Shown here piece by piece: positions 1 to 10,443 of a DNA stretch of 64,000 bases. Position 1 is the stretch's first letter. Each line of letters opens with the position of its first letter. Origin of the DNA: an uncultured Gammaproteobacteria bacterium (lineage in GTDB: Bacteria; Patescibacteriota; Microgenomatia; Levybacterales; UBA12049). The stretch spans positions 35,290 through 99,289 of the forward strand of contig CAZZCX010000001.1 in NCBI GenBank assembly GCA_964653195.1, in the 5' to 3' direction. Under the pieces are notes generated by a model. It was not told the origin of the DNA and ran no database searches. It saw nothing but the letters and a program-made list of their open reading frames with translations. Both the position numbers and the translations under genes were made by a program.

Positions 1-141
1 CTTGTAAAGCGTATACAAAAAGTAGACAATAATGAATATTTCGTTTCTGGCGACAATAAAAGCCAAAGTACAGATAGTAAAACATTCGGTTATATAAAAA
101 GAATTGATATTGCCGGGCAAGTTGTTTATAAATTTTCTTAA
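1..141 (+). CDS. lepB: signal peptidase I, C-terminal fragment (5' end outside the window)
   Basis: Frame 1 translates to ...VSGDNKSQSTDSKTFGYIKRIDIAGQVVYKFS*, matching the S26 C-terminal GDNRxxSxDSRxxG motif. The stop is at 139-141. Confidence 0.5.
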   Translation, partial: LVKRIQKVDNNEYFVSGDNKSQSTDSKTFGYIKRIDIAGQVVYKFS

Positions 142-156
142 ACTTTATATAGATAT

Positions 157-714
157 ATGTTTTTCATCATTTTTCAAATAGGAATATTTTTGATAATCAT
201 ACTTTTAATTTATTTTTTAACCTGGTTTCTTCCAACTGACAGTCCCTGGTCTCCTTGGTGGGCAACTTCTAAAGAAATTGCTCGAAAAGCATGTAAAATC
301 GCAAAAGTAGAAAGAAAAGATATATTTTATGAACTTGGTTCAGGCACAGGAACGACGGTAGTGATTGCAGCAAAAGAGTTTGGAGCGAAAGCTATAGGAA
401 TTGAGTCGGATTGGAGTAGAGTCACTTGGTCACGCTGGAAAGCAGATAAATCTGGAGTTGGAAAGAAAGTAAAATTTATTAGAAATAACTTTTTTGATGT
501 TAGCCTTAAGGATGCAACAGTAATTTATTTATATTTAGTACCTAGAGTTATAAAAAAACTGAGGACTAAACTATTGAGAGAGTTAAAGCCTGGGACGCGT
601 GTTATAAGCTATACTTATTTTATTGATTATTTACCCCAAGTTGCTATCGATGAAGAATCTCAAATTTTTGTTTATAAAATAGAAGAAAAAGTAAAAAGTT
701 CCCCTAGCGTTTGA
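157..714 (+). CDS. class I SAM-dependent methyltransferase with an N-terminal transmembrane helix
   Basis: Hydrophobic N-terminus, then a motif I ELGSGTGTTVV Rossmann signature. Confidence 0.5.
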   Translation: MFFIIFQIGIFLIIILLIYFLTWFLPTDSPWSPWWATSKEIARKACKIAKVERKDIFYELGSGTGTTVVIAAKEFGAKAIGIESDWSRVTWSRWKADKSGVGKKVKFIRNNFFDVSLKDATVIYLYLVPRVIKKLRTKLLRELKPGTRVISYTYFIDYLPQVAIDEESQIFVYKIEEKVKSSPSV

Positions 715-1798
715 TTTTTAGATAAAAACTTCGAAGTATGTCAGCAATTTTATAAATTTCATAGAAGAAAGGCTTGATGACAAGATCTAAACTACCTACA
801 TATTCTATGTGTTCTGGATTAAACCGTTTTTTGAATAAATGAAATCCGTACCATGGATTATTGGGGTCAGGATTTGATGAAAGTGAGCCCCACATATCAA
901 ACTTTTTAAGTCCGAGTTTTTTTCCCCATTTTATAGCTTCCCACATCGTAAGGGTTGAATGCATGACGTTTCTATTTTCATTGCTTGATGCACCGTACGG
1001 GTAATAGAGCGTGTCATGAAAAACAAAAAAAAGCATCGTTGTCAAAACTTTATTTTGATAGGTCGCTGTAAATAAGTGAGAAGTTAGCTGATCTGGGTTT
1101 ATAGTTTGAGAAGTATGAGAAATTCTTGTTTTACTTGAAGAATAAACGTGATTTAGCGTTTCCCATTGGGACTTGTGGTAATGTTTAGTATGGGCATAAA
1201 ATCGTTGTCTTTTAGTGGTTTCCTGTGTTAGCGCCCAGTACTTTTCAAATGCAGCATCGGAATTATCAACAGATACTAAAACTCCGTGCCTTTCAGCGAC
1301 TTTTATATTGTATCTTGTTTTTGGATGTAGATTTTTTAAGAGTTCTTCTTCAGTCTTTGTTAGGTCAAGTTGAAAAGTATATTTGGTAAATAGAGGATGC
1401 GCTGACTGCTTGAGAGAGTACTGAGAACTGTTAAGTAGTTTATCTATTTGCCGATTCTCGCCTGTCGGCGAGGCAGAGTCACTTACCATTTGCTCATTGG
1501 GTTCAAGTTGTATAAATATACAATTTTCTTTTTTACCGATATTTGCCAATTCTTCTAAGATTTCCTTAGTTGGGAATACGCTCTTAGGTAAGTAACCGAT
1601 TTTTAATGAAGTATTAGGAATAGAATGTATGCTTAGTTGAAAAGCAGATACTAGTTCTCCCCCATCATAAATGCCACGTCGAATTATTTTGATGCCTGTT
1701 TTTTTTCTAAATTCCCCCCATTCATAGCTCTGAAGCGGATGCATCACTACTTTATTGAAGTCTTTTCTCATTTCTTCGCTTATTTGTAATATTCTCAT
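704..1798 (-). CDS. FemAB-family peptidoglycan cross-bridge peptidyltransferase-like protein
   Basis: N-terminal HPLQSYEWGEF... pattern and a length of about 360 aa fit FemAB/MurM. This is a weak, composition-level match. Confidence 0.45.
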   Translation of the reverse strand: MRILQISEEMRKDFNKVVMHPLQSYEWGEFRKKTGIKIIRRGIYDGGELVSAFQLSIHSIPNTSLKIGYLPKSVFPTKEILEELANIGKKENCIFIQLEPNEQMVSDSASPTGENRQIDKLLNSSQYSLKQSAHPLFTKYTFQLDLTKTEEELLKNLHPKTRYNIKVAERHGVLVSVDNSDAAFEKYWALTQETTKRQRFYAHTKHYHKSQWETLNHVYSSSKTRISHTSQTINPDQLTSHLFTATYQNKVLTTMLFFVFHDTLYYPYGASSNENRNVMHSTLTMWEAIKWGKKLGLKKFDMWGSLSSNPDPNNPWYGFHLFKKRFNPEHIEYVGSLDLVIKPFFYEIYKIADILRSFYLKIKR

Positions 1799-1824
1799 GT
1801 GTTGTGAAATAAATTATACAGCTA

Positions 1825-3693
1825 TTAGAAGTATTCCATTACTTCCTCATTTTTTATTGTGTATTTTAGGCTTTTATTTATAACTTTTTCCGGTAATTCA
1901 AAAATGAAACGGGAAACTGTATTTTGATTCATTCTTCCAAAAAAAATTCTTTTTCTTGCGTATGTCAGATAAAGTTTTTCACGGGCTCTTGTCATTCCTA
2001 CATAACAAAGTCGTCGTTCTTCCTCTAGCTCGTCTTTATTCATAAGCGATCTACTATGAGGAAAAATACCTTCTTCCATACCTATTATAAAGACATATGG
2101 AAATTCTAATCCTTTCGCAGCATGAAGTGTCATAAGTGTCACCGCATTCTTTTTTCCGTCGTTAAGTTTTTTATCTGCATAGTATTCGCTTTCTACTAAG
2201 GACACGTTTTCTAAAAATTCTGTCAGTTGGGGAAAAGCGAGTGCGACTGATCTAAGTTCTTTTATATTTTCCAACCTTGCTCTATCTTCAGGATCATCTT
2301 CATCATATAATTCAAGATACTGTGTAGCCTTTATTGTACTATCAAGTAGTTCAATTGTTTCTATGCTTTCAATTTCTTTAATACTTTCTGAAAAAACTAA
2401 AAATTTCTTCAATCTTCCCTTCCCTATTTTTTCTAATCTTTTAAAAGATATCTTGTCTTTTGGGTTTCCTAATATTCTTAAGTAAGACAATACGTCTTTG
2501 ACTTCCTTTCGATCATAAAATCTAGTACCGCCAATCAAAACATAAGGAATAGAGTTATGTAGAAATGCCTCTTCAACTATGCGGGATTGCGCGTTCGTAC
2601 GGTACAATATTGCAATTTGGTCTAATTTACTAATCCCTATAGAATATATTGATTTTATAATGAAATCTATTTCGTCTTGTTCATTAAGCGATTCGTAGAT
2701 CTCTATCTCCTCGCCATGCGGATTCTGTGTCCAAAGTGAGAGAATTGGATGAGTCGTGTTGTGTGCTATAACTGCAGTAGCACCGTCTAATATTTTTTGG
2801 GTGGAACGATAGTTTTGTGAAAGAGCAAAAGTTTTAGTTTTTGGAAAATCATCTTTAAAACGGGTAAGATTTCTGTAATCAGCACCCCGCCATGAGTATA
2901 TGCTTTGTGAGAAATCTCCCACAACACAGATATTATTATATTTTTTAGCTAGCAATTTGGTAAGAAGATATTGCGCTCTATTAGTATCCTGATATTCATC
3001 AATAAGAATATACCTAAACTGATCCTGATACTTTTTTAGAACCAATTCGTCTTCTTGAAATAGTTTTACTGTATGGTTTATGAGATCATCAAAGTCCATA
3101 GCATTATTTTCTTTTAAAAGTCTTTGATAGCTAGGATATATTACTGCAACTGTTTTTTGAAATTGTCCTCTGGCAAAAAGTGTATATTGCTCTGGTGTTA
3201 TTAACTCGTTTTTAGCACCACTTATAGTTCCCAAAATCGCATTCGGTTTGAAATCTTTCGTAGAGATATAAAGGTGTTCCATTGTTTGTTTAATTAAATC
3301 TAGAGAATCATTACCATCATAAATGGAAAATTGAGATGAAAAACCAATCTTGCCTGCCTCTTTTCGTAGTAATTTGGCACATAACGAGTGGAAGGTTGAG
3401 ATAAATGGACTCTGATTTTTGCCTAGTTGTTTATATTTAGCAAAGAATTTTTGGATTCTTTCTTTCATTTCGTTAGCCGCTTTATTCGTAAATGTAACCA
3501 TAAGAATATTCTCAGGAGCTACATTTTTTTCCAAAATCAGATATATAACTTTGTATGTAAGAACTCTAGTCTTTCCGGAGCCTGCACCGGCAAGTATTAC
3601 TGTCGGTCCATTGGTTGCTTCAACTGCTTTGAATTGTTCGTTATTTAAAGAGTTGAGTAGTTCACTTTTCATAAGGTATAATGATTCAGTCAT
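1825..3693 (-). CDS. UvrD/PcrA/Rep-family ATP-dependent DNA helicase (short form)
   Basis: Walker A AGAGSGKTRVL; helicase motifs DEYQDTN, YRS, LTLHAAKGLEF, VGMTRA. Confidence 0.8.
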   Translation of the reverse strand: MTESLYLMKSELLNSLNNEQFKAVEATNGPTVILAGAGSGKTRVLTYKVIYLILEKNVAPENILMVTFTNKAANEMKERIQKFFAKYKQLGKNQSPFISTFHSLCAKLLRKEAGKIGFSSQFSIYDGNDSLDLIKQTMEHLYISTKDFKPNAILGTISGAKNELITPEQYTLFARGQFQKTVAVIYPSYQRLLKENNAMDFDDLINHTVKLFQEDELVLKKYQDQFRYILIDEYQDTNRAQYLLTKLLAKKYNNICVVGDFSQSIYSWRGADYRNLTRFKDDFPKTKTFALSQNYRSTQKILDGATAVIAHNTTHPILSLWTQNPHGEEIEIYESLNEQDEIDFIIKSIYSIGISKLDQIAILYRTNAQSRIVEEAFLHNSIPYVLIGGTRFYDRKEVKDVLSYLRILGNPKDKISFKRLEKIGKGRLKKFLVFSESIKEIESIETIELLDSTIKATQYLELYDEDDPEDRARLENIKELRSVALAFPQLTEFLENVSLVESEYYADKKLNDGKKNAVTLMTLHAAKGLEFPYVFIIGMEEGIFPHSRSLMNKDELEEERRLCYVGMTRAREKLYLTYARKRIFFGRMNQNTVSRFIFELPEKVINKSLKYTIKNEEVMEYF

Positions 3694-3749
3694 AACATTC
3701 TAACATATGATCTATTAGCCCTGAAGATCAGAGTATGAATTTATAGAAT

Positions 3750-4430
3750 ATGAAAAAGCTTTTTATTGTTGGGAATTGGAAATCTTACAAGACTAAGTCT
3801 GAAGCGATCGAGTGGTTTACTCAATTTACCAATACGAGCTTGGTTCTTGCTGACACAGAAAACAAAATAATAATACTTTGTCCACCATTTCCATTACTAG
3901 CCATACTTGAGGATTTAATTGCTAAATCTATAAACAACACCAACTTAAATCTAAACTTAGGATGCCAAAACGTTTCTTCTTTTGAAGAAGGTGCTTATAC
4001 AGGGGAGGTATCTGCAAAACTTCTAAGTGGATTTTGTAAATATGTAATCATTGGACACTCAGAAAGAAGAACTAATTTTAAAGAAACTGATGACCAATTA
4101 AAAAGAAAAGTCGAATTAACCAAGCGTTTTAACATGACGCCAATTTTTTGTATTCAAGGTAAAGAGACAATAATACCAGATGGAGTTGATGTAGTAGCAT
4201 ATGAACCAGTTTCCGCAATAGGTACAGGTAAGCCTGACGATCCGATTGATGCCGAAGAGGTAGCTGGTTATGTAAAGGAAAAATATAAAGTTAGTGTAGT
4301 TTTATACGGGGGCAGTGTGAACGAGAATGATGTCACTTCATTTACAAATCAACCTCACATAGACGGTGTTTTAGTGGGTGGAGCGAGTAGAGATGCAATC
4401 AGCTTCACTAAAATAATTAAAAATGCTTAA
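3750..4430 (+). CDS. tpiA: triosephosphate isomerase
   Basis: IVGNWK, IIGHSERR, and GGSV...E... motifs. Confidence 0.85.
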   Translation: MKKLFIVGNWKSYKTKSEAIEWFTQFTNTSLVLADTENKIIILCPPFPLLAILEDLIAKSINNTNLNLNLGCQNVSSFEEGAYTGEVSAKLLSGFCKYVIIGHSERRTNFKETDDQLKRKVELTKRFNMTPIFCIQGKETIIPDGVDVVAYEPVSAIGTGKPDDPIDAEEVAGYVKEKYKVSVVLYGGSVNENDVTSFTNQPHIDGVLVGGASRDAISFTKIIKNA

Positions 4431-4516
4431 AGGCATTTTATTTGCAAAAATGCGAATATAACTATCCATATTAGGTGTATATTCGCATTATTCATGTTAA
4501 ATCTAAAACTAATCAT

Positions 4517-5659
4517 ATGCCAAAACGGAAAAAGAAACTTTCACAGAAAAAAACTATAGTATTAATTTCGTTGGTATTTGCGTTAATAGGATTTTTGATT
4601 ATTTCAAAATTTTCTGCATACATAAAACCCTTATACGAACTAGCTTTTGAAAAAAAGATAGAACTAAAAAAAACTAACGAAGAAAAGATAAATATACTTT
4701 TATTAGGAATAGGAGGTGGTTCACATGACGGGCCTTTGCTTACGGATACTATTATGTTTGCCAGTATAGACCCCTTGAAACTATCTGTAAACTTAATATC
4801 GATTCCAAGAGATTTATGGATTGATGAAGTTAAAGATAAAGTTAATAAAGTTTATGTTTATAGCGAGGTTAAGAAAAAAAGTTCCGGATTACTTGAAACA
4901 AAAAGAGTAGTAAGTAAAGTAGTTGGTCAAAGAATTGATTATGGTTTTCTAATTGATTTCACCGGTTTTATAAAGGCAGTTGATATTATAGGAGGAATTA
5001 ATGTAAAAGTAGAAAGATCATTTGATGATTATGCCTATCCAGTTGCTGGCAAAGAAAATGATCTTTGCGGTTTTGAAGAAGAGTCAATAGCAAGCTTTTC
5101 TGCTCAAATCGCAACCGGGAGCGCTACCGATTTTGATATATTTCCTTGCCGCTTTGAGCATTTAAAATTTGAGAAAGGGGAACAGCATATGGATGGCATA
5201 ACAGCATTAAAATTTGTGAGATCACGGCATGCGCTCGGTCCTGAAGGTACAGACTTTGCTAGGAGTATGCGTCAGGAAAAAGTGATAAAAGCAGTAAAAG
5301 AGAAAGTATTTTCAGCGGGAATACTCCTAAATCCCGTGAGAATATTTAGTCTATATGATGTAATCAAAGATAGTATAGATACAGATATAAAAGAGGAAGA
5401 AATTGATGATTTCATAAAGCTTGCACAAAAAATGAAGAATTCAGAAATTCACAGTACAGTATTAGATGTGAGTGAAGATGACCGCGAAATACCAGCATTG
5501 CTGTGGAATCCACCTATTTCAGATGAGTATAATTATCAATGGGTTATAATTCCTAAAAAAGGAAAAAGTGATTACTCAGAAGTCCATACATACATAATGT
5601 GTATTATAAAATATAATGGCTGCTCAGCTACTCCCACCTATTCCACATCGATTAACTGA
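4517..5659 (+). CDS. LytR-CpsA-Psr (LCP) family cell-wall polymer transferase
   Basis: N-terminal TM; LLLGIGGGSHDGPLLTDTIMFASID...SIPRDLWI matches the LCP core. The start is moved to the internal ATG at 4517 (MPKRKKK). Confidence 0.7.
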   Translation: MPKRKKKLSQKKTIVLISLVFALIGFLIISKFSAYIKPLYELAFEKKIELKKTNEEKINILLLGIGGGSHDGPLLTDTIMFASIDPLKLSVNLISIPRDLWIDEVKDKVNKVYVYSEVKKKSSGLLETKRVVSKVVGQRIDYGFLIDFTGFIKAVDIIGGINVKVERSFDDYAYPVAGKENDLCGFEEESIASFSAQIATGSATDFDIFPCRFEHLKFEKGEQHMDGITALKFVRSRHALGPEGTDFARSMRQEKVIKAVKEKVFSAGILLNPVRIFSLYDVIKDSIDTDIKEEEIDDFIKLAQKMKNSEIHSTVLDVSEDDREIPALLWNPPISDEYNYQWVIIPKKGKSDYSEVHTYIMCIIKYNGCSATPTYSTSIN

Positions 5660-5666
5660 TATTTTT

Positions 5667-5694
5667 TTGACAAAACTTGAAAATAAAGTATAAT
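5667..5694 (+). promoter_or_regulatory. near-consensus sigma70-type promoter (TTGACA-16-TATAAT)
   Basis: ttgaca at 5667-5672, a 16-nt spacer, tataat at 5689-5694. This implies the downstream ORF really starts at the internal ATG 5722. Confidence 0.4.
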
Positions 5695-5721
5695 CGGCAT
5701 GATAATAAACTATTTATTATT

Positions 5722-6231
5722 ATGTTTGCGGATGTATTGAAAAGATCAGGAATATTATATTTTGTTATTCAGCAAACAATTGTGCCTGTATATTTTCCTG
5801 TACCTTTAGAAATTGAAGTTATCACCAGTTTACAAACACCAAATCTAGAGAAACTACCAGATATCAAAAACCACAAGGTCAAGTACAGTTATCCTATTTA
5901 TGAAAAGTTATTAGATGAGGAGGTATTTGACAACGCTGACAATACAGCAGGTGATAGAATAGACGATACTGTTAAAACAAATACATGTGATAGTTGTTCA
6001 TATCCATCTATCAGTCATCTGTCTACATTGGAACCGGTGGATGAAAATAAAAGTGCGTACGAAAAGCCAAAATCTGTTTTATCCTCATTGCCAACTGCAG
6101 ATTTAGTTCTGCCTACACCAGTGATCGTCGTAGAGCCTCCTGTAGATCCGTTTGGGTCAGTTAATCCAGGTTGTGGATGTGGCATGGTTTCAGAGAAGGG
6201 TATGGAGACAATCTGTCTTTGCCTCGAGTAG
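5722..6231 (+). CDS. hypothetical protein with a hydrophobic N-terminus and Cys-rich C-terminus
   Basis: The ORF-track start (5677) lies upstream of the predicted TSS. The C-terminus reads ...NPGCGCGMVSEKGMETICLCLE. No family recognised. Confidence 0.3.
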   Translation: MFADVLKRSGILYFVIQQTIVPVYFPVPLEIEVITSLQTPNLEKLPDIKNHKVKYSYPIYEKLLDEEVFDNADNTAGDRIDDTVKTNTCDSCSYPSISHLSTLEPVDENKSAYEKPKSVLSSLPTADLVLPTPVIVVEPPVDPFGSVNPGCGCGMVSEKGMETICLCLE

Positions 6232-6249
6232 CTTATTATTGATAGATAG

Positions 6250-8727
6250 TCACTTATGGATTTTTAAGATAAATGTATCTTCAGACTTGAAAACTGTCTT
6301 TCCAATGCTTTGAAGCTTCGATTCTTTTAGTAATGGATATTTCTCTCGCTCTAACCTTCCAATTATTACATAAGAGATATTGTATTTTTGTAATAATTCT
6401 TTAGTAATTAGTAAATCTTCAGATTCGTATATTTGCCTTATGTCATCAGTTCTTGAGTTTGGGGCATCTTGTCCTCTCCACAACCATTGGTGGACATACC
6501 ATCCAAGTACAGTTGGTAAGCCTGTATTTGCAGAAAATCTTTCGTAATCTGTATAAGAATCACCTTGCGCTTCAAGAATTACTGGCTGGTTTTTGAGATT
6601 ATTCAACCATAGATATGCTTCATAATCCCCGCTGGAACGGTTCTTTAAATATTTTACTCCATCTAATCCGACATACGTTTTAAGTCCATTGTAATAAGAA
6701 ATTACGGCAAAGTAAGGGTATACCAGTACAAGAGAAATAAGTGTAGCCGAAAGAAATACATAAGCCAAGTAAAGAGGTTTTATGGGTATTGGAAGTAATC
6801 TCAAATTATACTTTGAAGAAGTCCGTGTGATAACATATCCACTTACTATAGACAACATAATAAATGCCTGAAAAACTAATTTAAACATAGTATTTGCTCT
6901 GTAATGATCAGGATATATATCTTTCATATATATAAATTCAGGAATAATTATTAAAAATGTCGAGATAATTATCAGTAAAAGGATGAATTTATCAGTCTTT
7001 TTTAAAGGTTTATTTTTTAAGAAAAAGACTAGAAAAGTAAAAATAAAAAAATAAAAGAAACCATATAAAGTCAAAAGTTGCCATAGAGGTGATCTTAGGC
7101 AATGATCTGGTTCAAATAGTAAAGGTCCGATCTTTCTGCTTGTATACTTTGTGGTAACTTTTTGTGAATCTTTTGTATTCATCAGAGATAAGCAGTGATC
7201 CGGAACAAAAATCTTTTTTATAAGATTTCTATTATCTATGCCATATGTTTTTCCGGACATATCAACAGTTTCTTGAGTTAGAAATATTGAAGGAGCGCCT
7301 ACTACACCTATTCCGCCTACAAGTTTTGATGCATCAAAATTAAAAGAAAATGGGCGAGAAAAAAGGAAAAAAGTAAATAGAAGAATTGATAATTGGACTA
7401 GTAAGCCTATACCAAAATTTACAATCGGTTTCTTTAACTGAGATGATAGTCCATTGCCCCAATTTATTTTTAATGATAATTCATCTTTTGTTTGTTTTGT
7501 GACGTATTCTTCACTTGTCTTTCTAAAGACTCGATTATAGTGATAATAAAATAATACTAATGCAGTAAGTAGTAAATAAGTTAAGCCGTCCCATGCGTTT
7601 GTCATATACATGCTGGAGAGAAGAAAACTTATAAACACTAAACCGCTTACTATTGGTTTCATTCTACTTTTTGGGTCAGTAAAAAATATTACAAAGATTG
7701 TCGATATGGTGAGCAGTACTATCGGTATATCAGCAACATGCCCATGAAGATCAGCTACTACCCAGGAGTATATAGGAAATTCATGTATAGTATTGTGAAT
7801 AAATCTGGTTGCATTGGGATACCAGTAGTTATTTGGGACTGCCGTCAACTTTTTCTTATCAACTTCATTGCAATAAACTATTTCCTTGCTACCACTTGTG
7901 CTAATTTTTTCATACGAATCCTTACCGTAGCAAGGATTAACAAGAGACAATTCTAAATTCCAAATAGGCATTGGTTTCTCTACGTCATATGGCTTGAAGA
8001 ATATATATAAAATATGTAGATTACCAGATAGGCTAACCAAGCTGGCTGTTATAAGACCACCAACTATAATTCTAAAGATTTGCTTCTCAATTTTATTAAA
8101 AGATCGGGCTATGAGTGTTATTCCTAAAGAAAAAGACTCTAAAAAACATAATGCGAACAGTGTTGCGATCATTAAGTTGTAGGTAATAAAAGATGGTATT
8201 CCTGATGCCTTTGTGAGGACAGCAGTTATGAAATGACCGAAATAGTAATAATTTATAGGTAGTCCGGAATACCACATATCAACTGGAGGGAAATAAGTTG
8301 AGCGGAGTATAGAGTTTACAAAACCAAAATCCATATATTTCTCCAGGCCATAAATTTCAGGATTGAATGCGCGAACATAAGACCATGAGAGAAGACAAAG
8401 AAAGAAAATACATTCTTCGAATATAAAAAGAAAAATTCTTTTATGATTCAATAATGATTTATAACTTTTGCCTTTCCAAACGAGAATTGGAATTATTGTA
8501 AAAGTAAATATCAAATAAATCGAATAATTTGTAAACGGGGTTATTTTAAATATACCTAAGACAAAAACCAAATAGCTTATTATTAGTATTCCAAGAATCT
8601 TTGAGAACCCATAGCCCTTATCTAAAAATGAAGAAAAAATTATACCTGCTAAGGGCAAGAATACAATTCCTGATATAAAAAAAATAATCCACCAGCGAAA
8701 AACATACATGAGATCGTGTATTGGCAT
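6250..8727 (-). CDS. large polytopic membrane protein, possible GT-C-like glycosyltransferase (DUF2298-like)
   Basis: 825 aa, many predicted TM helices at both ends with a central soluble region. Sits in the glycosylation cluster. Confidence 0.35.
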   Translation of the reverse strand: MPIHDLMYVFRWWIIFFISGIVFLPLAGIIFSSFLDKGYGFSKILGILIISYLVFVLGIFKITPFTNYSIYLIFTFTIIPILVWKGKSYKSLLNHKRIFLFIFEECIFFLCLLSWSYVRAFNPEIYGLEKYMDFGFVNSILRSTYFPPVDMWYSGLPINYYYFGHFITAVLTKASGIPSFITYNLMIATLFALCFLESFSLGITLIARSFNKIEKQIFRIIVGGLITASLVSLSGNLHILYIFFKPYDVEKPMPIWNLELSLVNPCYGKDSYEKISTSGSKEIVYCNEVDKKKLTAVPNNYWYPNATRFIHNTIHEFPIYSWVVADLHGHVADIPIVLLTISTIFVIFFTDPKSRMKPIVSGLVFISFLLSSMYMTNAWDGLTYLLLTALVLFYYHYNRVFRKTSEEYVTKQTKDELSLKINWGNGLSSQLKKPIVNFGIGLLVQLSILLFTFFLFSRPFSFNFDASKLVGGIGVVGAPSIFLTQETVDMSGKTYGIDNRNLIKKIFVPDHCLSLMNTKDSQKVTTKYTSRKIGPLLFEPDHCLRSPLWQLLTLYGFFYFFIFTFLVFFLKNKPLKKTDKFILLLIIISTFLIIIPEFIYMKDIYPDHYRANTMFKLVFQAFIMLSIVSGYVITRTSSKYNLRLLPIPIKPLYLAYVFLSATLISLVLVYPYFAVISYYNGLKTYVGLDGVKYLKNRSSGDYEAYLWLNNLKNQPVILEAQGDSYTDYERFSANTGLPTVLGWYVHQWLWRGQDAPNSRTDDIRQIYESEDLLITKELLQKYNISYVIIGRLEREKYPLLKESKLQSIGKTVFKSEDTFILKIHK

Positions 8728-8738
8728 ATGAAAATTTT

Positions 8739-9296
8739 CTAATCTGTAAGTACATCTGAAATCTTTGTTATAGCGCGGATATTTTTGGAGATACTTTTAT
8801 CAATTTTGTTATTTAACCAGTATAACTTAGTTTTATTGTTTCTTGAAGCGATATATTTAAGTAAATATAGGTCATCGTCAACAAATTTATCAAGCTCTAA
8901 TTTCTTAATTTTTTCAAATTTGAAAATATGAGGTTGATTATTCTCAAAATTAAAATATAATTTATTAAATATATTTTCTAGTTTCTGTTTTATTATGATA
9001 CTTGTGGTTTGTTTTTGTAAAAAACTAAATCTACTGGAGATTAAATATAAATTATAATTCTTATCTAATGATAATTGCTTTACAAATAAAATATTTTTTT
9101 TAACTACTGGTCTTAAAAAAGATGCATGAGATATTTCTCGTATTTTTTGCTCAAATTTTGAGGGGTATCTGTATTTCAATTCCCCATTCATTTTCCCTCG
9201 ATATAAACGTTCAATTATTCTCTGAGGTATAATAGGAGGTGTATTTATAAATATATTATCTAAATCAAAGCCAATTTTCATATAATTATTATACAC
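8739..9296 (-). CDS. HAD-superfamily hydrolase-like protein
   Basis: Motif I IGFDLDNIF (DxD), S/T in LISSR, motif IV FVDDD. Confidence 0.35.
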   Translation of the reverse strand: MYNNYMKIGFDLDNIFINTPPIIPQRIIERLYRGKMNGELKYRYPSKFEQKIREISHASFLRPVVKKNILFVKQLSLDKNYNLYLISSRFSFLQKQTTSIIIKQKLENIFNKLYFNFENNQPHIFKFEKIKKLELDKFVDDDLYLLKYIASRNNKTKLYWLNNKIDKSISKNIRAITKISDVLTD

Positions 9297-9309
9297 ATCT
9301 ATAACAATA

Positions 9310-10443
9310 ATGAATATATTATTTACTGTTAGTTATTACAAGCCGTATATATCAGGAATTACAGTTTATGCTCAACGTTTAGCAGCTTCTCTTTCAAAAC
9401 GTGGTTATAATGTAACAATAGTAACTACGCAGTTAGATAAAAATTTATCCAAAAAAGAAATCGAGAAAGGTGTTCGAGTAATTCGTGTTCCTATAGCATT
9501 AAAGCTTTATAAGGGATTTATTATGCCCTCTTATATATTTAAAATTTGGCAGCAAGTAAGTAAATCAGAAGCAGTTGTATCTCATTTACCCCAGTTTGAA
9601 AGTCTTTTTGTAGCATTTATAGCGAAAATTCTAAGAAAAAAGTACTATGTGATTTATCATTGTGAAGTGAAGTTGCCTAGTAGTATATTTGGTAGAATTA
9701 TTGAGTTACTTTTATATCACTTTCATTTTATAACATTAGTGCTCGCTGATAAAATAATTACTACTACAAAAGATTATGCAATTAATTCTTCATTGTTGCC
9801 AAAGTTTTTGGCTAAAACTTTTTATATTTATCCTCCAATTCCACATTTACCGTTGAATGATATATCAGTTAGTGATAATTTGATGAAGCAAAAAATATAT
9901 GCGATAGGTGTAGTAGCGCGATTATCTACTGAGAAAGGTTTTGAATATCTATTTTCAGCGATACCATTTATCAAAAAAAGTCTAGGAGAAAATTTCGAAA
10001 TACATATTGTTGGGCCAATGTACCCAATGGGAGAATCTGCATATATGAAAAAGCTTTCTTCACTCTTAGAGAAATTTAAGAATTACATTCATTTTACAGA
10101 TACTATTAAGGATAACGAAATGGTTAAATTTTATAAAAGTCTTGATGTCCTTGTCTTGCCTAGTATAAATAAAACTGAAGCATTCGGGATGGTTCAGGTC
10201 GAAGCTATGCTTTGTGGTGTGCCTGTAGTAGCAAGTAACTTACCAGGAGTTAGAGTTCCAATCAGAGTTACTGGAATGGGTGAGATTGCAGTGCCCGCTG
10301 ATTCTGAAAGTTTGGCACAAAAGATTGTAAAAGTCTTGCATAATAAAGAGAAATACTGTAAAAACACGTCAAGAGTTAAAAAAATATTCTCTTATGAAAA
10401 AACTATCCAACAATATGAAAAAATACTTAACAGCGTTTCTTAG
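9310..10443 (+). CDS. glycosyltransferase family 4 (GT-B fold)
   Basis: C-terminal EAFGMVQVEAMLCGVPVVASNLPGV sugar-donor binding motif. Confidence 0.7.
   Translation: MNILFTVSYYKPYISGITVYAQRLAASLSKRGYNVTIVTTQLDKNLSKKEIEKGVRVIRVPIALKLYKGFIMPSYIFKIWQQVSKSEAVVSHLPQFESLFVAFIAKILRKKYYVIYHCEVKLPSSIFGRIIELLLYHFHFITLVLADKIITTTKDYAINSSLLPKFLAKTFYIYPPIPHLPLNDISVSDNLMKQKIYAIGVVARLSTEKGFEYLFSAIPFIKKSLGENFEIHIVGPMYPMGESAYMKKLSSLLEKFKNYIHFTDTIKDNEMVKFYKSLDVLVLPSINKTEAFGMVQVEAMLCGVPVVASNLPGVRVPIRVTGMGEIAVPADSESLAQKIVKVLHNKEKYCKNTSRVKKIFSYEKTIQQYEKILNSVS

Noticed and set aside
3419-3703. Two + strand ORFs (94 aa and 73 aa) inside the helicase gene
   Set aside because: They are antisense to a well-supported conserved CDS, low-complexity, with no start context. 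The same applies to other antisense or embedded ORFs: 7738-7956, 7994-8182, 13490-13768, 15134-15379, 16516-16791, 17298-17486, 17822-18220, 19024-19260, 20091-20327, 23198-23401, 23869-24060, 24166-24360, 25242-25454, 25686-25970, 26518-26769, 28106-28300, 28603-28812, 29117-29299, 29861-30061, 30104-30286, 30534-30752, 31474-31752, 32689-32973, 34292-34477, 34711-34941, 35153-35611, 38277-38531, 40728-40931, 42092-42304, 42333-42620, 42651-42941, 44582-44779, 45125-45598, 45602-45952, 49673-49897, 50513-50743, 50962-51150, 51490-51973, 52510-52791, 53149-53430, 54038-54223, 54355-54720, 55238-55537, 55627-55961, 56712-57128, 58227-58493, 59244-59426, 59554-59838, 60103-60327, 60771-60980, 62124-62327.
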